A stretch of DNA of 37,329 nucleotides, from positions 1 through 37,329 of the IMG/VR virus record IMGVR_UViG_3300027656_000021. One strand, written 5' to 3'. Under the pieces are notes generated by a model. That model worked only from the letters and a program-made list of their open reading frames with translations, did no database searches and was not told where the DNA came from. Source of the stretch: a virus (lineage: Duplodnaviria > Caudoviricetes). Both the position numbers and the translations under genes were made by a program. Of the stretch, positions 8,245-16,700 are shown piece by piece. Each line of letters starts with the position of its first letter. Within the stretch, counting starts at the first letter, position 1.

Positions 8245-9612
8245 TTTACGTTTTATCGCTTTACCACCGCCGAAAATGTTTGATTTCATATCAAGTGCAT
8301 TTACTGCTGTTCCGTGTTTTGTTTTGGGTTGATTGACTTTGGGCTGCGGTGGTGCTTTTGTGCCTGATTTGCCCGGTGTTCCTATATAACTCTTTTTGCC
8401 CCTTGCTGGACCGGGGCTTAGTTTAGGATTCATACCTAAAGTGGCCACATGACCAGCACTGGTTGCGCCTGCTGTTGCAGTTTCTGCAATATCATCCGGC
8501 TTACCAAACGGGTAAACATCGACCCATTGGTCTCCTTGTTTTTGAATCCATTTGCCTGGTTTGAATTTACTTGGAATAATTCCGTGCATTTTTAATGCCT
8601 GCTCGGGCGTGTCTCTAAAGCCTTGAGCACGAGCCTCACGTTCTACTGTGTTTGAAACCATACGTTGCTTAACACGGCCGTCTTTGTAGATATACAGCAA
8701 ATTAGATTCATCGCTCATGTCACGTTCGGGGCGACCAAAACCTGTGCGATTGTCGTCGTAGCGGCTACCGCCTTCATCAACTTCTTTGTTCTTGGCCTTA
8801 CCTTTGTGTGCGTTACTCAATCTATCTTTAAGACGACCTAATTCTTCTTGACTGGCGCCTTTGCGTCCAGCAGCCGCCGCGGCCTTCATATATTTTTCAC
8901 CGTGTTTTTGAACTCCGGTGTAGTATTGAAGACCACTTTCCGCTACACCTTGATCACCGTAATCGGCTTCAATGTTGTCCAGCATACGATCATAAATTTG
9001 TTCAAAGTCGTCGTCGCCGTGATATCCTGTATCGATAGAGATATCGTCATACATGTCTTGTATTGCTTGTTCAATTTCTCTGCCGTATTTGCCTTTTTGA
9101 GCATTGTATAGCATATTATAACCGTTGTCGCCGGATCGTGCAACTTTGTGTAAAAATTCTTCAACATCGTTGCCATTACGGTCTTCTGCTACACCTTCTT
9201 GCGCCGATGCATCTAATAACACAAACATCTTGTTGCCCATAGTATAAACCCTAGCATTAATATCTTTGTCACTACGTGCTATTCTTGGTCTAATACCTTT
9301 GTCACCAAATACCATTACGTCATACGTTTGGCCACCGTATTCCACAGTTGCACCACCTGACTTTACGTTGCTAGGTGCTGGTTCTGCTGCTGGAGGATTA
9401 GGTTTGCCTGCTAGACGATTAATATTTGGATCAGGTAATATTAATGATCCGTCGGCATTTTGACCTACACGTTCTGTTACTTTTTCTTTTTTCTTAGGAA
9501 CATTGGGTCCTATAACTTTGCGTTCGTCGGCAGGTGTATGTGCTTTAGGCTTTTTGTTATACTTAACAGCCTTAATGCCTTTTTTGTTTTCTAATAGTTG
9601 TCTAATTAACAT
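8242..9612 (-). CDS. modular polyprotein-like virion protein with two GVAE junctions
   Basis: N-terminus MLIRQLLE; modules separated by VTE, EGVAE, QGVAE, VDE and IAE. Confidence 0.75.
   Translation of the reverse strand: MLIRQLLENKKGIKAVKYNKKPKAHTPADERKVIGPNVPKKKEKVTERVGQNADGSLILPDPNINRLAGKPNPPAAEPAPSNVKSGGATVEYGGQTYDVMVFGDKGIRPRIARSDKDINARVYTMGNKMFVLLDASAQEGVAEDRNGNDVEEFLHKVARSGDNGYNMLYNAQKGKYGREIEQAIQDMYDDISIDTGYHGDDDFEQIYDRMLDNIEADYGDQGVAESGLQYYTGVQKHGEKYMKAAAAAGRKGASQEELGRLKDRLSNAHKGKAKNKEVDEGGSRYDDNRTGFGRPERDMSDESNLLYIYKDGRVKQRMVSNTVEREARAQGFRDTPEQALKMHGIIPSKFKPGKWIQKQGDQWVDVYPFGKPDDIAETATAGATSAGHVATLGMNPKLSPGPARGKKSYIGTPGKSGTKAPPQPKVNQPKTKHGTAVNALDMKSNIFGGGKAIKRK
8938..8952 (-). repeat. 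GVAE junction repeat copy (CAAGGTGTAGCGGAA, QGVAE)
   Basis: Read directly; in frame. Confidence 0.85.
9184..9198 (-). repeat. GVAE junction repeat copy (GAAGGTGTAGCAGAA, EGVAE)
   Basis: Read directly; in frame; the only copy with GCA for Ala. Confidence 0.7.
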
Positions 9613-10244
9613 TATTCTGCTTCCATAAGATCAAGAGCAATATTCCAATGATGAATACGATCTTCAAGACCAATAAATCCGCCATTGATTTTTTTAGTCA
9701 GTGTATTCATATCACCTTGATCACACCATTGATTCAATTGATTCTTGTGCCAGAACCAGCAGCCACTTAATACTGCCCACTCTGGTTCTCTCAATAGATC
9801 TGGATCACGCACCAGTGTATCGTCTTGGAACAAATCCTTGGAACATTGTGCATAGTTGTTTTTGCCTGTGATCTGTATAATACCACGACCGCGATACTTC
9901 CATCCTTCGCCTGACGCTTCTGGGCCATTGCCCATACGTCCGCCATAAATCTTGTTAGCAATCATTTCAGGCTTGCGTTCATATTGACGTGCTAACTCGT
10001 CATTGGGGAAATACTTGCCAAACAACCCACGAAGCCCTTTGGCACCGTAGTTTAAATTTTCTTGTAAGATAGTAAAGTCCAGGCTTTCGTGTTGACATTG
10101 CGCCACAAACCCTGCTACACGTGATGGTGTAACAATATCAAATGCTGGAAAATATTCATAAAACGCATCATACCACAATTGTGGATTTTTGTTTTTGCTG
10201 ATACATCTTGCTAATTTATCTAATGTAAAGTCAAACTGAAACAT
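9612..10244 (-). CDS. glycoside hydrolase family 19 lysozyme/endolysin
   Basis: FVAQCQHES, ENLNY, YRGRGIIQITGKNNY, TKKINGG..GLEDR. Confidence 0.92.
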   Translation of the reverse strand: MFQFDFTLDKLARCISKNKNPQLWYDAFYEYFPAFDIVTPSRVAGFVAQCQHESLDFTILQENLNYGAKGLRGLFGKYFPNDELARQYERKPEMIANKIYGGRMGNGPEASGEGWKYRGRGIIQITGKNNYAQCSKDLFQDDTLVRDPDLLREPEWAVLSGCWFWHKNQLNQWCDQGDMNTLTKKINGGFIGLEDRIHHWNIALDLMEAE

Positions 10245-10264
10245 AGCATTTATTCCTTATGCTA

Positions 10265-10270
10265 TATTTA
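10265..10270 (-). promoter_or_regulatory. TAAATA late promoter core for GH19
   Basis: GGTAAATA upstream of the AAGGA SD. Confidence 0.45.
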
Positions 10271-10282
10271 CCATTGTTTGAG

Positions 10283-11923
10283 TTATTTCTTCTTAGATCG
10301 GCCGCTTTTCATATTGGCCATCCAATGTGCTAATTGGCCTTTGCGACCACCTTGTTTAGCCACTTTACGCAGTGTGCTGACTGATGCTTTGGTAGGAACT
10401 CCGTGACGCTTGCTGTCACCTTTGTCCTGAGGATTCTTTCCATCAGCAAAGTTTTCCGCCATGCCCTTTTTAGCAAATTTTGGATTCAACGGATTGAATT
10501 GTTTTAATGCTTGTTGTTGACGATCCTGTGCCGCGGCTAACTTTTTCTGTTGTTGTGCAACTTTCTCACCGCCTTTTTGTGATTGTATCCACGCAAGTGC
10601 TTCAGGCTGAGTAACAGGAGCTCTTAAAAATGCATCAACTTTTTTTGTTGCCTGAGACAAGTTTGGTGTGTTCTCGTTATCGACATAAACAAAACGTTGA
10701 GGTCCAAAATAGGCTGAATATTTTTCAAGATTTTTTTGCACTTGTGTATAGGTGTCTTTAGCTAGCGTAGGATCGACTTGACGTCCAACACCCCATTGTT
10801 TTTGTTGCTTGTCTGCTCTTGACTGTTGACGGGCTATACTAGTGGCTTCACTTACATTTACAAATATCATCATAAATTCATAGCCTAGAGGCATCAATTT
10901 TTCAATTACACCTATCATTGTTTCAGGATTTCTTCCTGAGCCGTCGATAATAACACCCAACCTACCATCAGTAAAATTCTGTTGTTGAGTTTGGCTTAGT
11001 TGCCAACTTTTTTCAAGTTGGTCTGCTGATAGATGTCCAGTTGGAACTTGTCCTTTTTTAATAAACATTTCATTAAAGTTATCTAAGTTTACACTACGTA
11101 AACCGGTATGCGACAATAATGGCCTAGCAACTGTGCTTTTACCTGCGCCCATTGGTCCAAATAAAAATATACATTTGAAAGTGTGAGGATCATTTACACC
11201 TTCTTCTAAACTGCGTTCACTGCCGCCATCACCCCCTGCACCCGAGTCTCCACTATAGCCAGAATGTCTGATGGCAAAGTTTTCCGCCACAGGTTTGGCA
11301 ACAATGGGTTTAATTCTAGTCAATTCGTACATTACTTTGTTACCTGTATCAGCACGGAATGCACGAAATCCCCATGCTCTGGCATAACGCTGAACTAACG
11401 TATCATATAGGCTGGCTCTAGTTAGTGCTTTCTTTTGATCCTCATCTGGTTCAACTTTTTTTGAGGCTGAAAAGTATACTTTATTAGGTTTGTATTTGTT
11501 CTTGCGGCCAGGCACCCTGTCAGAAACAAATGTTTGAATAGCACTTAACACAGTGGCAAACACACGCTGTTGATCACCTTCACCTGTCTTTTCTTGGCTG
11601 TTGTCTCTAAAAAACTCAACACTCCATGCTTCCTCTTTTGTATCTTGACTAAATCCCTTGTTAAACATTATGCTTAGATATTTGCCATCAGACATTCTGG
11701 CTACAGCATCGACATCGCCGTAGTCGCTGGGTTCCCATTTAATAGGATAAGGTTGGTCCAATGATTCATTCTCAATGCTTTCACCACCGCCATCACCTTC
11801 TCCCGAGTCTCCACTGTATCCGGCATAATATCCATAGCCGCCGTAAGGTCCGGGACCGTATGCCGCTCCGCGAGATTTCCGTTTGTATTTTTTACGCTCG
11901 GTTACGAATTCACTGGCCCGCAT
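10283..11923 (-). CDS. polyprotein-like virion protein: targeting-like N-terminus, unknown domain, zeta-toxin/AAA_33-like P-loop kinase, basic C-terminal module
   Basis: MRASEFVTE start; GPMGAGKS Walker A and GVIIDGSG; two AENFA junctions; duplicated GYSGDSG linker. Confidence 0.8.
   Translation of the reverse strand: MRASEFVTERKKYKRKSRGAAYGPGPYGGYGYYAGYSGDSGEGDGGGESIENESLDQPYPIKWEPSDYGDVDAVARMSDGKYLSIMFNKGFSQDTKEEAWSVEFFRDNSQEKTGEGDQQRVFATVLSAIQTFVSDRVPGRKNKYKPNKVYFSASKKVEPDEDQKKALTRASLYDTLVQRYARAWGFRAFRADTGNKVMYELTRIKPIVAKPVAENFAIRHSGYSGDSGAGGDGGSERSLEEGVNDPHTFKCIFLFGPMGAGKSTVARPLLSHTGLRSVNLDNFNEMFIKKGQVPTGHLSADQLEKSWQLSQTQQQNFTDGRLGVIIDGSGRNPETMIGVIEKLMPLGYEFMMIFVNVSEATSIARQQSRADKQQKQWGVGRQVDPTLAKDTYTQVQKNLEKYSAYFGPQRFVYVDNENTPNLSQATKKVDAFLRAPVTQPEALAWIQSQKGGEKVAQQQKKLAAAQDRQQQALKQFNPLNPKFAKKGMAENFADGKNPQDKGDSKRHGVPTKASVSTLRKVAKQGGRKGQLAHWMANMKSGRSKKK
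10454..10468 (-). repeat. junction repeat copy (AAGGGCATGGCGGAA, KGMAE)
   Basis: Overlaps a 16-bp exact direct repeat (10446-10461 = 11274-11289). Confidence 0.75.
11282..11296 (-). repeat. junction repeat copy (AAACCTGTGGCGGAA, KPVAE)
   Basis: Read directly; in frame. Confidence 0.75.
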
Positions 11924-13129
11924 TTAACAGTTCCATTTACGCAGTGCCAATGCCTTGCGAGTAGGCTTGCCGTTGGGTTTCTTCATTGGGCCTTTGTTGC
12001 CACCCATTCTAGCACAAAAACTCTTACGGCGTTTGGCTGCTTTTGAACCTGGTTTTAACTTGCTAGGTTTCGTAGTCACAGCCATTTGCAGTTTACTACC
12101 TGGATTCTCTCTACGATAACTGGCTACACCCTTGGCATTCAACCCGCCAGTTTTGCTTTTGCCTTTGCTTGTTTGCCACGCAGCCGCTTCATTTAACAAT
12201 TCTTGATCATCTACTGATTCAAAATCTTCCCATATCTGTTCAACATCAACTCCGTGCTTTAATGCTAAACTTTCCACCATGTCTTCAATGATGTCAAATT
12301 GCTCATCAGCAGAAAGATTTAATCCACTTAACTCTAATATTCTAGCCAGATCGTCCATACCTTCCTCCATATTTTCTTTCTTAGTTTTAACATTGATAGC
12401 AGGACCGCTGCGTTCTGGATTGGGGTCTTCTCTACGCTTACGACTGGCCGCACTGGCGCGACCTTTTTTACCTAGACTGTGTGCTTTGCTCTGTGGCAAA
12501 CACTTGGGCTTACCTTCGCTGCTGTCACCTCTAGCACAGTCGCCTTTGATTTTGCCATCCGGACCAAAACGAACCCATTTATCGCTGAACCACTTTTTTA
12601 AGTTTTCGTCCAGTGCATCATATTCTTCTTGTGTAATACTTTCATTGGAGTTGCCCCAATTGGCAGCGCCTTTTTTACGGCACTGCACTAACGCTCCTGA
12701 CGCATAAGCACTGGGCCACACTTTGTATCGAGATTTTACTTTGTGATAACACGCATCCTGCTTTTCGTTCAGTTGTCCTTCAGCGACCATTGCTTCACCG
12801 CAGCCTGGACATTCACCTTTACGGATGTAAGTTTCTAGGCTTTCTTTTTTATTCTTGACACAGTTAGGATAGCGTTTGCCAAACATGGTCTTCATGCCGT
12901 CTTTGTGATAACCTTTCCAGCAGGCCTCATCTAAATTATCATGCGAATGATCACCGTGTGTTTCGCACATGCCGCAGTCTTCGCACACCATTTCCATCTC
13001 AACGGATTCATTGTGTTTCTTTTTGCCTGCACAATGAGCCTTTTGACTAAAACCTTTTGGGTGGCTGCAGTTTATACTCTTTTTGTATTTTTGGCTCCAT
13101 GTTTCAGTGAGTAATTCGTGTATTTTCAT
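11924..13129 (-). CDS. concatenated small Cys/Lys-rich modules; probable internal head protein
   Basis: MKIHELLTE start; modules INCSHPKGFSQKAHC, CWKGY..PNCVK, KVWPSAYASG, KPKCLP and RKSFCARM separated by LDE/LNE/MEE. Confidence 0.75.
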   Translation of the reverse strand: MKIHELLTETWSQKYKKSINCSHPKGFSQKAHCAGKKKHNESVEMEMVCEDCGMCETHGDHSHDNLDEACWKGYHKDGMKTMFGKRYPNCVKNKKESLETYIRKGECPGCGEAMVAEGQLNEKQDACYHKVKSRYKVWPSAYASGALVQCRKKGAANWGNSNESITQEEYDALDENLKKWFSDKWVRFGPDGKIKGDCARGDSSEGKPKCLPQSKAHSLGKKGRASAASRKRREDPNPERSGPAINVKTKKENMEEGMDDLARILELSGLNLSADEQFDIIEDMVESLALKHGVDVEQIWEDFESVDDQELLNEAAAWQTSKGKSKTGGLNAKGVASYRRENPGSKLQMAVTTKPSKLKPGSKAAKRRKSFCARMGGNKGPMKKPNGKPTRKALALRKWNC

Positions 13130-13500
13130 ATGCCGTATTTATTTCTTTTGGGTTTAGCAATAGGACTAACAACGTTAGTAGTGTCCAGTTCTTGGCTACG
13201 CATATCGCCTTTGTTAAGATCTTTGTAACTAGCACCAACCACCTTGTAACCTTGAATCAACATGGCCTGTTCTTCTTCTGTGTAAGGATGTGCTGTTTTT
13301 CTTTTGCCGTGCCACGACTTGGGATCAATGTCTGGGGGAGTTACTCCATCTGAACAGGCCAGTGCTAGACTTAGTCTATATTGGGTGTAATCACCGCTAG
13401 CTCTTTCTCCGTCGCCGAATGTGTTGAGACCACGAGTAGCCTGTTGATATCGTTTACCAATCACACCTGCTTTTACTTCAAACAATTCTCGTAGTTTCAC
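13126..13500 (-). CDS. hypothetical protein, probable internal head protein
   Basis: GTG start, MKLRELFE N-terminus; 4-bp overlaps with both neighbours. Confidence 0.7.
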   Translation of the reverse strand: MKLRELFEVKAGVIGKRYQQATRGLNTFGDGERASGDYTQYRLSLALACSDGVTPPDIDPKSWHGKRKTAHPYTEEEQAMLIQGYKVVGASYKDLNKGDMRSQELDTTNVVSPIAKPKRNKYGI

Positions 13501-13718
13501 TTCTTACGTCCTCTAAAATGGCTGTTAACACTGCCAGTCATATATGGTAATGTAAACCACAACTTGAACCAATCTTTGTCTCCGGGCTTTAGACCTAGAT
13601 CCTTTTCTTTCTGTTTAATTGCAGCAGCCGTATGACTCATGTTCTCTATACTTACCGGTTGGAATCCTTTAAATTCATTAATACCAGCCAACTTCTTAAT
13701 GTAATCTAATTCATCCAT
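13497..13718 (-). CDS. small hypothetical virion-associated protein
   Basis: 73 aa, MDELDYIKKLAGINE; in operon. Confidence 0.65.
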   Translation of the reverse strand: MDELDYIKKLAGINEFKGFQPVSIENMSHTAAAIKQKEKDLGLKPGDKDWFKLWFTLPYMTGSVNSHFRGRKK

Positions 13719-13727
13719 CTTATTTTG

Positions 13728-16700
13728 TCACACTTTGCTTGCTGACTCTAATGCTTTTTCACGCTGTAGTCTATCCCAGGCATTTTCCGCCACACTTTCG
13801 TTTTGTGGTTCATAGTACCAGCCCATGCCCGGATGATTACTGCCGGTGCGCTTAGGATTGTCAAACTTAAAATAAGCAATTTGTTTCAGTTTGCCATCAT
13901 AGTCCCAGTAGCCCTTGAACTCACCAGTGTTATCATTCATATCTTCTTTGTCAAAATGATCTGCTTCAAATTGTCCAAAGAAATCTATGCTACGACTAAA
14001 ATGTTCTGGCTCAGGATACTTATACGGATCATCTCCGCCCTCGTCATCTCTATCATTTCCACGAGAAAATTCTTTTAACGAGTCTTTTTTATCATTGTCG
14101 AACTGTTTCATTGTAGCCTTATTGATACCTTTGAAACGTTTGTTGCCAGTTATATTTTGAACGGCTTTTAGATGCCCACTACCGGTGACATAGACGCCGG
14201 CTTTCCTTGACGCAAGATATTGGTCTCTAACATCAACAGTGGCTGCCTTTGCTATTTTTCCTGCCTTGTTAGGATATTGTTCCCAATTGCTGGGCCACAT
14301 TAAAGCCTCGCCTGCTTTAAGAAAGCGAGTAAGATTTTTTTGTGTAGCAGGCTGTTGACTCATTTTTAGAAAATCATATTTGCCTTCGCTAGTCATTTGA
14401 AGAAATTTTTGCAGGGCTTGAGATGTGTATCCTATTCCTTGAAAAGAGTTATCTTTGGCAGTATCTAACAATCGGTTGAATATTGTATCATTAGGATCAA
14501 TTCCAACTCGTTGAACTCTATTGTTTTCATCTACATTGGCAAACAAAACATATAACCATTTTGGATCATTAGAATCAGCAGTTTTGGCAACTTCGTCATC
14601 CCAACTACCAACATATCTGTCAATCTGTCCTTTTGTGTAACTGCGGTCAGTGCCGTTGCCTTCATACCAAACACCGTGTTTAGCTGCTATAGCCTGAACT
14701 TTTTTCAATGTCTTGGGAGGCAACTCCAAGGGCTGGCCGTGTGCCTGTCCAACTATTACGGTGTTGGGGTTTAGGAATATGGCGGATTCTGTCAACTTGC
14801 CTTCCGCCACACCTTGCTTTCCACTAATTAGCCAGACTTTAGCAGGTAATCCTTTAACATAATTTGCTGTGCCCAATCGTGTTTTGCCACCTATTAACCA
14901 CAGTCCTTGACTTGTTTTTAGTATGATAGGCATTTCTACTTGACCTTTATCAAACAAATCATTTACTCTTTTTTCTTTTGCTGGACCTATAGGACCTTCG
15001 TGACCAGTAGGCGCTAAAACTTTTTGTAAAGATGCTTTATCAAACGGAGCATTTCTTATCTCATAGGCATGGTCGGGCGGCACTACAACTGCCTTACCAT
15101 TTTGAACTGCTTTTAACCATGCATCTTTGTTAGGAAAATGTTTTTGATAATACTGTCTGACATCAACCGGGACTTGTTTCATCCTGGATTGTTCTTCAAC
15201 TTCGTGCCATTCAAAATCAAAATCAGGCTTGACCCAATTTATTTCCTGCGAGCCTTCCGCCACGCCTTGCTTGCTGATTTCTTCTTCGTCGTCTTTGTCG
15301 CTAAAGTTGGGTTCTTCTTTCTTTTTAGGATTTAGAAGTTCTTCACCACGTTTACGACTTGCCGCACTTTTGGCTTGTTGACGTTCCCAAGCACGTTGCA
15401 TACGAACGGCCGCAGAGGTTGCTTCCGCCACACCGTTGTCACGTTTTTCCGAGTTCATACGGTAATTGTTTACAGATGATTTGATGGCATTAAGTTTTGC
15501 CGTCTGATCTTTAGCAATATTGACAATTTGATTTAAATCATTAATTTGATTTGTGTCATTAGGTGGGCCCATGCCTTGCCATACATCTGTTTTGTATCCC
15601 GGTAATCCTGTGGCCTGTAAACTGCTGTTCATACCATTGAAAAATTTATTAATTTCATTAACTGTTCTAACAATGTTTGCCGCAAGATGATGTTGATTTT
15701 TTGATGTATATTCTCTGCTAGTATCAAAGAACATTTCTGTATAGCCTTGACCTTGTCCGGGATCAATAGAGTCCCATCCATATTTTTCACCAATGGACAT
15801 TAGTTGTTGTTCAATTTGATCAGGAGTAAACTCTATTTTACCACCAAGAAATTCTTCAGGATCGTCAATAACGTCTGGCATCGGCTTGCCATTATGTTTA
15901 ACGCCTTTGATTTTTTTTGATCTCCTCTCACTGGCAAAACTCAATGCTACATATCCTGACATTGGTGTAGGTGTAGATTTCTGTATTTTGCCCATCATCC
16001 TTTGGAAACGTGAGTCATCTGTTGGACCTTCCGCTACACCTTGTATTTTACGTTTAGATAATTCTTGCTGTAGTGCCTGTAGTTTGTTAGGAGCACGAGC
16101 AATGGCATTGCGAATATCGCCTGCTACATTTTTTGGAAGTTTAGCAAGTATGTCATTGACGATTTGTTCAACTTGTGCATTTTGTTGTCCGGGAACTTTG
16201 CTCTTCTCGGGCTTAACTTGGGGTTCATCATACTCGTCGCCCGTATCGGCTTCTGCTTCTAAATTGGCAAGATAAGATTCGTATTCTTCTCTACGAGAGT
16301 TCCAACTGTAGGCAAACTGTGTTAGGCTTTGATCACCCATCTGTTTGCCCATCTTGAATAATATAGGAGGCAATGATCTGCTGATTTCTGTAAATGCAAT
16401 ACGACTTTCACGATCTTCGCTAGCGTCTTTTAAATAGTTGATCAATGGCACAGCATATCTTGGTGCTTGTTTAGACAGTGCATACAAGTCGGCTTGCAGT
16501 TTATCAAAATAGAAGTTGTGAAACCATTGAGCACTTTGTCCAGCAGCATTACGATGGAAGCCTTTTAACGAACCGTTGTTTTCTACCCAACGCTTGGCCA
16601 TGGCTTTTAGTTTGCCGTATAATTGTGTTATAGGTTCGCCATTGGTAGCAATGCTTTTTAATGTGCTAGGTAACGATGGACCTTCACCTAATGAAATCTC

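Noticed and set aside
8938-16043. GVAE repeats as a CRISPR array or Chi sites
   Set aside because: Repeats are about 15 bp, irregularly spaced hundreds of bp apart and always in one reading frame; no cas genes; sequence differs from E. coli Chi GCTGGTGG.
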